Assembly (NCBI GenBank): GCA_013265495.1
Contig: MU058584.1
Span: 4,904,508-4,968,507, forward strand
DNA: 64,000 nt
From: Vicugna vicugna
Lineage: Eukaryota
Direction of reading: 5' to 3'
Both the position numbers and the translations under genes were made by a program. Of the stretch, positions 36,501 through 49,900 are shown in pieces. The notes below the pieces were generated by a model. The model made no database searches and was not told the origin of the DNA. It saw only the letters and a program-made list of their open reading frames with translations. Position 1 is the stretch's first letter, and each line of letters begins with the position of its first letter.

Positions 36501-38794
36501 TCCTGACACTTTGTTGCTAATTAGAAGGGTGTTGTGGTATATCTACATACATCCAACAATGAAGGTGTCACTTTTCTCCCCTTTTCCAATTACTCTTGTC
36601 TTATAGAGCTGTTTTGAAAATCACACGATGAACAGAAAGAATGCTAGAGGAAAGAAAATCATCTTCAGTAATTTCTAGAACAAAGGATTTTTTCCCCTTT
36701 CTTTTTGATCGTTCTGCTTACTCTTTAGGCTCTATGTTTATCATCTATTCATGATTTCAATACACGTGCTACCTGAGCTGAACTGTAAAATGGACTCAGA
36801 CCTCTCAGACTGAAAGTGTAGACACAGGAACACACCTTAAAGGTGTAACTTCCTGTGGCCGCTCAGTTTCATTTTCTGCTTCTTGGACAAGGTAGGTTTG
36901 GTGATTGCACATGCGACCTTGAGGAATGCGAGAAACACAAACCCAAGGGAATGGGTGCAGGATGAGGCTTTGGAGACTGAGAACTAGATCTTGCTTTCAT
37001 GAGACCTTGTACATGCTCCCACTCTGCCCACCACCCCCTTCTCCTCCTGCTCAGTTCACCCCCCCGTCAGATGCTTCAACTGCTTGGCTGGGAGCAGGGG
37101 GCCCAGGTCACAGCTCCTCCTCCTCTTTCCTCACTGCTGAGATCTGTTCTTCAGTGGGCAGGCGGGGAGTTGTGCTGCAACGAAAGACCCTGTGGCTTCC
37201 CTGGTGGCAGCTGTGGGTGTGACCAAGTGAATGGGGACTTGTATGTGTGAGTACATGTCATCTGGGTGGGAAAAGAGCAATAATACTCTGTGATCATTGT
37301 GGTGGGCTTCCCTCTCACTACCCCCAACCTCTTCTATTTTAATCTGTGCTACCCCAGCTCTTCGGTCCCTTGCAAATGTCACTATGTTCTCCCCTGCCTC
37401 CCCCTCATTCTCTTCCGTGAACTGTTAGGGCATCATATGGGCAGGGCTTACATTTAATGGGGTTCAACAAATGACACAGGATGCCTCCCCTCTTCTACTT
37501 TCAGGAGGACTGTAAACCATGTTGCTAAAGTCCAGCATATTTGCCTTTTAAAAACCCCGCTTTTTTCCTAAAACATTCAGCTTCCTAATTTCCCACACAA
37601 AATGGCGTGGAATCTCCTTTTTTTGTTGTCTCTTTCATGGTAACAACTGTGAAGGGGGAAGCAGGTTGAAGTAAAAGCAAATTTTCAGGAAGATGGGTGT
37701 AACTGGTTGAGTTTGCCACCTTTCATTGAGAACTCTTCCAATGGGCACTCAGACTCTTATCTACATACCAATCTCAACTATGAGTAAAATGAGGTGAAGA
37801 AAATATTTTATTCACCAAACTTTCTTTCAGGGAAAGTACTATATTTTTTTGGAAGAAATACTTTGATAAATTGCTTGGGTTGAAGTGTAAGACTTCAGGA
37901 CATGCTCAAGCAATAAAACTTGCTCTCTAACTGCGAGACATGAGATAAAGTATAGAATGTATTTTGTTCTTGAAAGGGAGTGGGTGCTAACAGAGAAGAA
38001 GGGGAGCAAGACTGACTCAATGGGAGACTGTGTGCTGTGTGATGGAACACCACCTTTTCATCCCTTACTCCTCCCAGAAATCAGTGTAGCTACTGATCTC
38101 CCAAGTGTTTGATGTGAGCAGAATTTTTGCTGAACTCTGAGGAGCTGAGTTTCTTGCCCAAACTCACATGGAGTTGACGCAGAAACAGTATAGGTAGAGG
38201 CAGATGCTGGAGGCAGAAAATACCACAGGAAAGCAAGTCTCTAGCAGTTTGCAGAGACCATGAGGGAGAGTTTTGACATTACAAAGGCTGTGGAATTTGA
38301 GGTCTCAACCACGACCTAGATGTCAGAGGGACAGAGAGACCTGTTATGAATGCAAGATTGCACGAGGAAAGTGATTTGGTTTCTCATGAATATCTGTAAA
38401 GCTTCTTATCTGGTAGAATACAACTCAGCTACTTTACTACAGCTAGATTAAACCTGTGTTCCTTCTGTGTTACATTGTTTGCTTGCTGATTGTTGCAACT
38501 TTTGACAGTTGTGCTGTCAATGCTTAGTGTGCTATATAAACACTGGATTTTAATCACCTTCAGACTCCAAGACTCAAGGCTCAAGGAGTCCCTTGATCTC
38601 AGAAAACCTAGTAAATACTTTTGTAGTGATGAATCTATATACAGAACAATGCTCTAGCTCTTAAAACCGGAGTCAGTGGCCTTCAACAAATCAAGTTTAC
38701 ACCCTACTTGGGAGAGAAACTTATGTGCAAGTTTAATTTTGAGGATTAGATAATTAGAGATCCATATATACACTGATTTAAGAACCAATGTGTA

Positions 38795-39995
38795 GATTAC
38801 TTCCAGTCAATATGGCAGAGGGAACTAACGTACACAGATACCCTCCACTCCAAGAAGTGCTGAGTGAAATGTAAGGTAACGTGGTATGATATAACATGAG
38901 ATTAATTTCTGAATTCAAAAACATGGAAGGGAAATCTGGAGGTGCTAGAACACTGAGAGTCAACTTAAAGGCAGAGCAGTGAGTGGGAACTGAAGCTAAA
39001 TAGTGCTCAGTGCCTACAGCAGCAGTATATAAACTTTATGAGGATCTTCATGGGTGGGAAAAGAGATGAGGTTCAAGCTCCTATGAAGAGTTTAAACTGA
39101 CTTCTTTGTGCAAAGCCAGGTATCACAAATGGAACATTTCTGTCTGAAAGTCTGGGGACACGCATGTGAGTTGGTCACATTTTCTGGGCTGTGGGTTGGA
39201 AAAGGATAACCTAAGAGAAATCAGGATCTCAACCCTAAGTTGAGAGAAGGTGTCCAGCCCTACTCTGCACTACCTACACAGTGCTGAAACCCAAGCAAGG
39301 AAACTAACCAGTGATGAGAATGTAAAATGGTACAGTTTGACGATTTCTTTAAACACTCATCTAAAATATAATACTATCCAACCATTCCACGTCTAGATAT
39401 TCACCCAAGAGAAAAATATATGTTCATATAAATACTTGCACATGAATATTCAGGACAGCTTTATTTATAACGTTTCCAAACTGGAAACAACTAAAAAGTC
39501 CATCAATAGATGACTGTTAAACCAGCTTAAAAGTTACCGGGGGAACGGGGAGTGAAGGGTTAAATTGAGAGTTCAGGATTTCAGATACTAACTACTATAC
39601 ATAAAATAGATAAACAACAAGATCCTACTGTATAGCACAGCGAAGTGTTTTCAATATCTTTTAATAACCTATGATGAAAAAGAATATGAAAAGGAATATA
39701 TATATATATGTGTATAACTGAAACATTGCTGTACACGAGAAATTAACAGAGCATTGTAAATCGTCTTTACTTCAACAACAAAAAAGTTTACATTAGCCTT
39801 ATTAAAAAAGAGATGACTTTAAATAAATGTTGTATATTCATACAGTAGAATACTACTTAGCAATAAAGAGAAATGGACCATTGAAATGCACAAAAAACAT
39901 GGATGAAACCCAGAGTGATTCTGCTGAGTAAAAGGAGTCAGAAACGAAAGAGTATATGATGTATTATTCCATTGATAGTGGTCTCTAGGAAATGA
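38795..39995 (+). mobile_element. Old L1M remnant (possible 5' end plus 3' end) containing a younger L1
   Basis: 'ttacttccagtcaatatggcagag' resembles L1M 5' termini; 39310-39995 matches an old L1 3' region ('ccaaactggaaacaactaaaaagtccatcaataga'). Confidence 0.6.
39516..39810 (+). mobile_element. Younger L1 3' UTR nested in old L1M
   Basis: 'cagatactaactactatacataaaatagataaacaacaagatcctactgtatagcacag'; flanked by agatgact at 39508-39515 and 39811-39818. Confidence 0.85.
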
Positions 39996-42900
39996 AAGCC
40001 AGTTTATATATTTATTTCAAATAGACCATAAGTTCCTCAGGGCAACTGGAATTCTTGCTCATTTTAAGCCTCCAGAACTGACTACAGCGTCTGGCACAAA
40101 ACAATCACTCCATGACCAATTTCTGGCTGAACTCACTTCCATAGGAGGCTTGTCCTGAGTGGCCGAAGGTTGAGTCAATCTCCACACAAGCCTGCCAGCA
40201 TCTTAAAATTTATGTAGAGGCCTTAACTGGTTTCAGTGACAAATTCAGTCCAGATAGACTCAAAACCCACATTACTCTCTCAAGGCTGAGTCCTCGAAAC
40301 AGCTCCCACTGTGAGAACAGTGGTCAAAATGTACATTCCAAGGACAGGAAAGTGGGTGAGGACCCTACAATTGTCTGGGTCCAGCTCAGGGGTCAACATG
40401 ACCTCCTCCAACAGTCACACAAGTACAGCAGCCAGGACTTAAATGCAGGTGAGCTGGTCCCAGTGTCCTTGTGCTTATCCACTGTACCATGCTGTCTGTC
40501 CACACATCTTGTCAGATTTGTCCCTAAGCACCTCACTGAGTATTTTTTTTTGCCAAATGGACTGAAATATCATCACCATCATCATCATTATAATTATCTT
40601 CATCACATTTTTAACTGATTCTTGCTGGACTGTGAGAAAATTAATAATTGTTTCTATTATATATTTATCTTGAATTGTGGTCAATTTTTATAAATGTTCT
40701 ATATGTTCTTGAAAATGATACTTATTTCTTACATGCTGGGCACAAATTTTGAAAGAGAAGCTTGAAGTGGAGAGTAATCTATTTCCTAGGTAGGTTAGTC
40801 AATCAGATGAATGCTTCAATCATGGACTATTTCAGATTGTGTTTTGATTCCTATGACAAAGGTGCTGTATTTATCCTTCGGAGCATCAATAGCAAAATCA
40901 ACATTCCAGCCATGAACTCTTTTAATCTTTAGTGTAATCTTCACCCAGTTCAGACAGCCTAGAGGTTGCTGCCAGCTACAATCTTTCAGAATTTTCCTCG
41001 GAAAGTTTGAATTTGGCTTGAAGCAAATACCTTCACATATTCAGACTCCACCAGGGCTGCTGTGTTCAGTTGAGCATTTTGTACACTGTGTAAGAATGTC
41101 CAGCTGGGGAGGCAAGAGGAAGCTGAAATTCAGCCCAAACATTTCTCTTTTAGCCCTGTCTCTATGGAGCTGCTTCTGCACAGAAAGGCATCCTTTTCTA
41201 ATCTGTCCAGAGAAGATGCCTTTTTTACAATTTTCACGAAGGTAGAATGTAGGCTAGCAGGTGGCCCTGCTGACCATAACACTTCTTCAATTTGGTACAG
41301 CCCACAGAACTTACATGTTTACTAGGGACCATATGTTTATCCTAAGGAAAAAAAATAACTCATAAAAATATTTTTGAAACTTTAAAATGTTAGGATCAGA
41401 GAGGATTTTAGAAAGCTTGATGTCTAAACCATCTAATTTTCTACGTGTAGAACATGACTTTGATTTTTAGAACTGATTGGAAAGTTGGAGATCATTATAT
41501 TTATCTTGCTCACTTTACTGATGAAGAAGTCAGTTTCCATAGACATGAAGCAAGTAGGGATCACAGCCTTACGGGTCTTCTGGTCCACTGTCCTTTCAAT
41601 TTTACTATAGTCATTGTCAAGTAGTTGGTACTTGATTTCTGCAGATCCCAGATTCAGACCATTGATACAAGTTAAGTGGCATCAAAAGAGGTTTTTAATT
41701 CAAACGTAGGGGACCTATGCCCTGCCACCAAAACGTAATGTCTATTCCTACCTTCTCTCTAGGAAGCCCGCTGATACCGGACAGTTAGGGCACATTTCAA
41801 TCTGTGTGCACTGCCTCTGGAGAGTCATTCTCTCCTCTCTCAGATTTCTCCATATCCTGTCCCACTTTTGAGCTTGGCACAAGAACTGCGGCTGGTGTGA
41901 TTGCACTTTCACATGTAATACAACAGCAAATATTGAGAAAAATCACTTTCTCTTCTGATGTAATTTCTCCTCCTTGATCTAGGGCAAGGGGAGGGGTAAA
42001 CTAACCACCTCTTACTCTGTGTCTGTCATGTTGTTTTCCCAGGCAGCCGACAATTGGTCACAGACAGTGCCTACATGTGGAGATGACACATCTCTAGGAG
42101 AGAGTGCTTTTGGAGGGAATTGCTTCAGGCCTCGATGTTACCAATTCTTCAGAATTTCAGGGAAATGGTCCTTCTTCTCAGGGAAAATGGGGCCCTCTTA
42201 GAGTTGCTCTGTCTGACGTGGGTAGCACCACTGCCAGGGCAATGTGATGGGACCTATATTTCGGAGGAGATGGCATGGCAGGAGGGTTCTGATGGACCGC
42301 ATTGAGTCCTGGCTTTTCCACACAGCAGGGTGACTTATGTCAGTCATTTTATTCTGTTTGCATCTGTCTCTTCATGAATAAAATGGAAATAATCATACCT
42401 GCTTTATCTCTCCATAGAAGGCATTTGGGAGGATCAAACATGGTAAGGAATTTGAAAATGCTTGGAATGTTTGCTGAATAATCCTGAGACCATCTTCCAG
42501 ACTCTTGGCAATGAGCACTGGAGTGGTGGGGGGGCGCACTTCTTCCAGCTAGAGAAGAAGTATGTGCAGCCTCAGCTTGCTACAAGACCTCTAGGTGCTG
42601 TCAGTGTGGGAATGCAACTTCTGAGCATCTGGTACCTCAGCTCAGAACTCCCCAACTCCCGCCTTTCTAAGGCTCCTGTCATGGAATCGCTATTGAAAAA
42701 AAATGAGAGCAACAAGGGATGGGGTCTCTTTTGTAGACAGAAAAAAGCTAGAGCAAAACTTTTGATCTGTCCAGTTGTGCATGGCCAAGCCTATCCACGG
42801 GATCTGAGAAATGGGGGCTGCATGTATGATTTTGTGCTGAGACTTCTGTCTATGAATTTTAGCCCATACTGTGAGATGTTTGTCTGCTGTTTGCCTGAGC

Positions 42901-43919
42901 TCCTCTCAGTGGGGTGGGCATGAGGGGCTAAGGTTGGAGAATGAGTGTGTTTCTCTGACTATATATCTTTGCATTCCAGAGCCTTGAATAAATGCCCTAC
43001 AGAATGCTTGCTTTACTTTGTAAGCCTCCTTTAATTTTTGGTGTCAGTCATCAAATGTTGAGAGTAATAATAATTTAGTGTTTGTCACCACTCCTGGCAA
43101 CTTGGTACTTCAGTGAACATTTCTGGTAGGACAAATGCGAAAGGTCCTGTGAAGAGGAGATGGTTAAAAGAAGGAGAAGGTCAAAGGTATGAGAGCTCAG
43201 GGATGGAAGGAAATCATTTCTTCTTGCTTTTCCTTTCTTTCTCTGTTAAGCGGTCCTCCAGATTCTTTCCAAACATATCCAGTGATGCATCATTTATTGC
43301 ATCTCAAGATAGCTGATTCCATTTCTGGATGACTACAACTGGGAGAAAATACTTTATGTGTTAAGCTGAAATCTGCTGTCCTGAATTTCAATTCTTTGGT
43401 TTTAGCTATATCTTAAAGATATTATCTCTTCATTTAAACAGATCTGCCCTACATGGTGCACGCAAGAGATGTTGTCATAATATTCCCATTGTTGCCTACA
43501 GTTTTTAAATCAGAGCTTCAGGTTTGATAGAAACCATAAAGTTCATCTAGTAAGCAGTCTTGTAGCTATCCTTTAGAGCTTATATTTGGGCGCAGTTCAG
43601 CAGAATCTGCATGATGGTAAGAAAAGAGAAGTGGACAGACAGACAGCCATGGGATCTACAAAATATAGGAGCATTAAAAAAATCCTTTAAACAGTGTTCG
43701 AAGGACCAATTTATTGCACACTATAGGCATAGTTCTAGGTGTTCTGCCTGCAGTGTAAACACATCCTGCTCTCATGAAGCATACCTTCCGATGTGTGCGA
43801 GACCAAAAACCAAGGAAGTAAGGAAGACAATTTTAGAAAGTAATAAACACTATGAAGGAAATGAATGGGTCAACGAGGTAGGCAGTGACTCTAATTTTAC
43901 CTGTAATTTCAAAATATAT

Positions 43920-44620
43920 CAGATTTCTTTCTTTATGAGTTATTCTTTGGAAATCTGGTTGTGGAATCTTTTCCTGACCCAAAAGCAATAAAGATATTCC
44001 CCTGTATTTTCTTTTTTTAAGTTTTATGTTTTTGTTTTTCAAATCTATTTAATTCATCAGGAGTCCATTTTTGTATATAGTGTAAGGTAAGAAACATTTT
44101 ATTTTCCTCTGTACAATAAAGAAAAATTCCAATAATATATACTGAATATTATATCTTATCCTCATCTGATCATTATATATGTGTATATATACACACACAA
44201 ACACACATAAATTTATATAAAAAAGTCAATACTATATTCATAATTTCACAGTATATTTATAATTTCCATTGTTCTGCTTGTTCTTCTCTGAAGTGTTTTT
44301 TTAATTGCCACAACTTTGTCTTATGTGTTAATATTTGATAGGGCAAAGTTTTCCTCTCTGGTTTTCTTTTTCCAACTTGCTTCAGCGACCTGTGAATGTC
44401 TTTGTGGCACACAGATTTAAAAATAAGGTTTGAAAATTTCTTCCAAAACTTATTTGGATATTTTTATTGGAATGATATTGAATTGAATACTAGACATTGG
44501 ATACGAGATTAATTTGGGGGGAAATCAGCATCTTTATAATGTTTGCCCTCTACTTTGTAAATATTTATACATGTCTTTTGTGTTCTTTAATGGAGTCAAG
44601 TATTCCTTTTATGTCAAAGT
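43920..44620 (-). mobile_element. Old L1M ORF2 fragment
   Basis: 'catttttgtatatagtgtaaggtaag', 'ttttattggaatgatattgaattgaata', 'ttaatttggggggaaatcagcatctttataatg'. Confidence 0.7.
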
Positions 44621-45083
44621 AATGTGGATATGTTGTGGAGCAGAATATAAAATCATCATAAACATGAAAGATCAGTAATGAGAGTTCAAGGAACCATTGG
44701 ACTTTCTGTGTATTATAACTCCCTTCTCATCAAGACTTTCTCACCTCTGGGAGTGGACTCTCTCCTCTGTCCTTAAGACCTGGATAGACAAGTTTTAGGA
44801 GCCCTGCCCTTACATATCTGCATCTTCCACACCTGCAAGATGTCTCTCTTCTGCCTGAGTGGCTAAGGATGTGGGTACTGAAGCCAGATCTCTTATGTTC
44901 ACATCCCTGATCAATCATTTACTAGCTGTGTAAACTTGGGCAGGCATTCTAACCTCTCCAAATTTTTTATTTTGTCAGCAATAAAATGCCAAATGCTTAT
45001 AGCAGAGTGCCAGATCTGGAGTAAGAGCTTACCATTAGCTACTATGATAAGCAGTTTTAGGCTATACTTGTTAGACTCTATGA

Positions 45084-45109
45084 ATGTGTGTGTGTGTGTT
45101 TGTGTGTGT
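45084..45109. repeat. (TG)n microsatellite, one interruption
   Basis: tgtgtgtgtgtgtgtttgtgtgtgt. Confidence 0.9.
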
Positions 45110-46228
45110 ACCCATAAAGGATCCTTCTAAGGAAACTGCAGTCTATAACTATTCCTTGTTCCGTTCAAAATGCATAACTATTAAATCAAATGCAGGAGGG
45201 TAGAGAGTCTCAATAAAGAAAGAACTGAAGAAGGCTATAAAAGAATAAAATTGAGGCAGCAAGAAGCTGATAAAATATTACGTATTTAATATAAAGGCGA
45301 TAAAGAGCTTTGCGGTGAGAACTAAGAACTGTTTTGTTACCTGAGTAATTATATGTAGGGTGAAAGTAGGAACCAAGGGCCTGAGGGAAGAATTTAGGAG
45401 CAACAACTTAGCAGAGTTTTCTCTACTCTTTGCTTGGGGCGAGGGCAGAAGCAACAGGAAGGAAAGGTCAAAAGGGTGTTATATTAAAAAGTTAAGCTGC
45501 AGTTGGGGAGGAAACCACAACTCTGAAGATGATATTCTCTTGAAGGAATTGGTTAAAGTGGCAGCATGAGCAAGTAGCAATGCTGAAGTCAGAGAAAGTG
45601 ACTGCCCAGGCTGGGAGCTACTTTCTATTGAATTACCTAAGAAGTGGATGTCCCTCTCCCATTGGAAGGAGCATGGTCCACGGATATTCGACCCTTAGAA
45701 GAAGCTCCTGGAATTTTAAATAAATATGCAGCATTAAGTCAAGTACTAATCAGTAGTAGCTGAAGTAGGGGGGGAGAGGACTCAGTCCATCCCGAACATG
45801 TGTCTCCTTTTAATTTTGGTATCATTAGTGATTTTTCTTACTGCTAAAACATAAAGGTAGATAATGTGTATTTAATGTGTATTTAGAAAGCTCTTTGAAT
45901 GAAATTATACGTTTATTGAAAAACATAATTATTACAGGTTCTAGAAAACACCAGGAAATAGTTTAATCATCAATCAAATTGCTAATATGATTAGTTCCTG
46001 GTGCAAGTAATCAGACTGAAAGATTAAAGAGTCAGAAATACACAATCGGTTTCTAGGGACCATGCATTTGTAAATTCAAATTATTAGAAGGAGGGCAAAT
46101 ACATATGGTCAATATAGAGAGTATTATACTAATTGTTAAACTTTCCACTAGATTATTCTCATCAGCATATAGATTTGATATTATTTCTCCCATCTAAAAA
46201 TTAAAATAAACAAAAGAAAACCCTCTCT

Positions 46229-46292
46229 TGACTCCACTTCCTCCTTAGGCTACAGTCCTTTGACTCCACTTCCTCCTTAGGCTACAGTCCTT
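46229..46292. repeat. Perfect 32-bp tandem duplication
   Basis: tgactccacttcctccttaggctacagtcctt twice. Confidence 0.95.
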
Positions 46293-46752
46293 TCCTCTTC
46301 AAGCCTCTCTAGTGACACTTTTGAGGAAACTACAATCTAAAACTATTCTCCTGAAAAGAATTGTATCTATTGGTTGCCTTTAATTCTTCTCCCAGGCCTT
46401 CTTGAGCCTTCTTTGGTAAGGTTTTTGCTCCTGCCAATCCACTGAAACATCTCCCCTCATGGTCATCTGTAACTGTCATGACATTAAACCCAACTGCCAA
46501 TTTTAAGTCCTCATTTTCTGACCCATCCCTGGCATTTGACAAAATCACTTACTCTCTCTTCCTGCAGACACTTTCCTATCTTGGTTTCCAGGACACCATA
46601 CGAGTTTGACTACTTCTCAGTTTCTCTTGATGAATCCTGCTCACCTTCCCAACCTGTAGACATTGGAGCATCCTAAAGCTAAGTCCTTGAACATCTTCTC
46701 TTTTCTATCTGCTCTCACTACCTCTGTGCTTTCACCCATTTTCATGGCTTTA

Positions 46753-46845
46753 TTTATTTACTTTTAGAGGAGATACTGGGGATTGAACCCAGGACCTTGT
46801 GCATGCTAAGCATGTACTCTACCACTTGAGCTATACCCTTCCCCT
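46753..46845 (-). mobile_element. Camelid tRNA-derived SINE (vic-1-like, short form) with 18-bp TSD
   Basis: Reverse complement reads 'gggtatagctcaagtggtagagtacatgcttagcatgcacaaggtcctgggttcaatcccc'; TSD cccattttcatggcttta at 46735-46752 and 46846-46863. Confidence 0.93.
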
Positions 46846-48189
46846 CCCATTTTCATGGCTTTAAACGCAATGTATTTGCTGTTGGTTCTCAATTTATTTC
46901 TAGCTCTGACGTTTCCTCTGAACTCCTATCTATCTACCTGTCTACTTGACATTTCCATTTACATGTCTGATAAGCACCTTCAACTTTACATGTGCAAAAC
47001 TGAGCTCTTAATAGTCTCCCCCAAATCTCCACCTCCTGTGTTCTCCCCATCTCAGTTAATAGTGATGCCATTCTTCAAAGTGCTCATATCAAAGGGCTTG
47101 GTGTCATCTTTACTCATTCTCCAACATGCCACACCCAGTGTGTCAGCAAATCATGTCTTCAAAATAGAACCAGCATTTGAGCTTTCCTCACTAATTCTCT
47201 GCCACCACGCTGGTCCAATCCACCATCTCCCACTTGGATTGTTGCACTAGCCTCCTAAATGGTCTCCCTGTCTGTTTTAACTTCCTGCAATCTATTATCA
47301 GCAGGCAGAGTGGCCTGTTGAAGCAAAGGTCAGATTGTATCACACCTTTTACACATTCATCCAGTGCCCTATTTTCTCACTCAGAGTAAAAGCCAATATC
47401 TTAACGACACTGGCCCAAAATGGTCTTGCTCCCTGTCACCTCTATAACTTCATCTTCTACTCTCTTCCCTTTAGTTTCTTGGCTATTTCTTGAATGGACC
47501 AGGCACATTCCTGCCTCAGGGTCTTTGAACTTGCTGTCTCCCTGGCCTGCTTGAGTGCTTTTCCCTCAGATAGCATTATGGATAACTCTCTTACCACCTG
47601 CAGCTCTTTGCTCAAAAGTTGTCTTCTCGGTGTGTTTTTTTTTTCCAGTTTCCAGATCTAAAATCTCAATTACCCCTTTCTCAATATTTCATTCTCCCCT
47701 TCCAGGCTTTTTTTTTTTCTCCCTAACTTTTACCACTTTTTTGTGTATATGTTTTATTTATTTAATCCTGTTAATTTTTTGCTTTCCTGCCAAAATGTTT
47801 GCTCTATGAAGTCAAAAATTTTGTTCTGTAGCCCCAATTATTCTTGTAACCCCAGTTCTTAGAAAAAATGACTGACATGTTGGAGGCATCAATAAATATT
47901 TATTGCAAATATTACAAATGAATAAAACTAAATAAATGATGGACAAAGATAAACATTGAATAGAGCTTTATTTCACTACTGGTCTTTCCAAACATATATT
48001 TAAAAAGATACCTTCATCCTTTCAAGTTGAATGATTTTGACCATCCTTAGCCACAAAACCATCATAATCTTCAGCCATCAGAATTTTCAAATACTGAAAA
48101 ATGAAGCATTAATTGTAGCTTACATGTATATTTCAATTGGTCATTGATTGAGTATCCAGTTAGTGCCAGCAATGGCTGTTTGTGAGTTT

Positions 48190-48360
48190 TCAGTAGAATG
48201 GAGGGGTTTGAAGACAATCACTCTATCATTTACCAACTGTGTGATTCTGGGCAATCACTAAACCTCTCTGGACCTAAGTTTCCTCTCCATAAATGGAGAC
48301 AGTGATACGTCACATTCCTCTGACTTGCTGAAGACGATATGAAAGTTCAGTATATGCATA
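48190..48360 (+). mobile_element. MIR SINE
   Basis: 'ctgtgtgattctgggcaatcactaaacctctctggacctaagtttcctctccataaatggag'. Confidence 0.78.
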
Positions 48361-48557
48361 ACTGCTTTCTGCTTTATGTCTTCAGCACAAGAAAACCAGC
48401 TTCACTAGAGATAATAGTTACTCTAGTATTAATATGTTTAACCACATATGCTTTTGCAAACATTATGGATATTATTGCCAATATTCCCTACTGCAGGGTA
48501 AAGATGGAAGAAGTATTTGTCAGGGAAGACAGGGACAAGAAGAATATAATTTCTTTT

Positions 48558-48710
48558 CAGTTTCATTGAGATATAATTGATATATGTTAATGCATAAGTT
48601 TAATGGTTTGACTTACATATATTATGAAACTGCAGTAAGTTTAGTCAACTTCCATCATCTCATACAAATACAATGAAAACAAAAGAAAAAATATTTTCTT
48701 GTACTGAGGA
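48558..48710 (-). mobile_element. L1 3' terminal fragment (L1MA-like)
   Basis: 'cagtttcattgagatataattgata...atggtttgacttacatatattatgaaa'. Confidence 0.7.
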
Positions 48711-49404
48711 GAAAATCATTTGAACATAGGGGAGAAGTTTAACTGACTCTAGATAGAAGCAGAGCCACTAAAAATAAGACCGAATTTGCCTTTTACAATA
48801 TTTTACTGCACGCAAAGCATTTTCTCAAATCTTATCTCAGTTTTGAAATACATTTTGCAGCCGAGATTGACATTATCATTTTTCATTTTTTTTTAAGACA
48901 GGAAGCTTAGTCTCGTTTAAGTGATTGTCAAAGGTGATAGGGTGGGCTAGTGGTGGCGCTAAGACTGAATCTCTGATTCTTTGACTAACTGTCTTTGGAA
49001 GGTCCGATGTTCTAACCTGCTAAGTCTGTCAGCTGGGTGGGAACCTTCCCTTCTCGTTTAACTGGTCTACTCATTCATTGCAATGTTAGTGATCTTGGCC
49101 AGAATTTAAGCTACCCCACCTTCTAATACACCTTCTTCTTTGTTTTTGAGAGGCCCTATGAGGTGTGGAAAACCACAGCAAAGTCTTTATGTCCTTTCAC
49201 ACACCCTCTCAGGCACTCTGTGGGGTAATAAAATGCCCATCCTTCATGAATGACCAAAGAAGGAACAGAATTTTGAGACAGAAAATAGCAATCCAAAAAA
49301 AGAGCCTTCTTCAAGGGGCTACTGTGCGACTGACACTAAGGGGAGCATAGCCAAGGGTGTTGGTTGGATGGCTGACCACCTCACCAAAATTCTCTTAGTG
49401 TTGT

Positions 49405-49900
49405 CTGATTTCATTACCACTCTGCTTAAAGACTCCAGTGTCTCCCTCAAACACTTTGAGGTTAAAATCTACATGCATTAGTTTAGTAGGTGAAGTCCTT
49501 TGCCATCTGGCCTCTTCTTTTCTCTGCTTCTTCTCTTCTGCTCCATGCCAGCTCACCCCATCAATACCCACATATTTTCCTTATCTGTCCTCTCTAGGTC
49601 ATTGAACTTTCCCTTTGTCCTCAATGCTGGGGCACACTTCCTCCTTTAATGGGAAATCCCTACTCATCCTTTGAGACTTCTCTGAGTGATCAAGCCTCTG
49701 TGACTCCTTTCTTTCTGCCCTACCTTTACCCACCATGGGAGATGTCCCTTCTCTGTGCTCCTATGGAACCCTTAGCTTTTTTCAGTTACTACTTTATTAC
49801 TTTGTGATGCAGCTATTTCCTTGATTCACTCGTTGTTTCCAGTGCTATCACCGGCCTTGGAATTGCTAACTGCTTAGTAGAGTGTCTGCTGAATGAACAA
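49405..49900 (+). mobile_element. L2 3' fragment
   Basis: 'ctctgcttaaagactccagtg', 'tcctactcatcc'-like 'ccctactcatcctttgagact', ending 'gtctgctgaatgaac'. Confidence 0.6.

Larger units (their letters stand above)
46150..47925 (+). mobile_element. Long L2 remnant containing a SINE and a 32-bp tandem duplication
   Basis: L2 motifs ('cttggtttccaggacaccata', 'ctacttgacatttccatttacatgtct', 'cactcagagtaaaagccaa', 'ttcctgcctcagggtctttgaacttgctg') ending 'tcaataaatatttattg'. Confidence 0.85.

Noticed and set aside
37960..38474. Possible ancient LTR ending 'attaaacctgtgttccttctgtgttaca'
   Set aside because: The ending is LTR-like, but I could not assign a family or a 5' boundary.
40569..40592. Poly-His run in ORF 40352-40618
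   Set aside because: It comes from a (CAT)n simple repeat in a repeat-derived ORF.
46770..46840. tRNA gene
   Set aside because: Has A/B boxes but also an A-rich tail and TSD, so it is a SINE; the same applies to the copies at 21172 and 54424.
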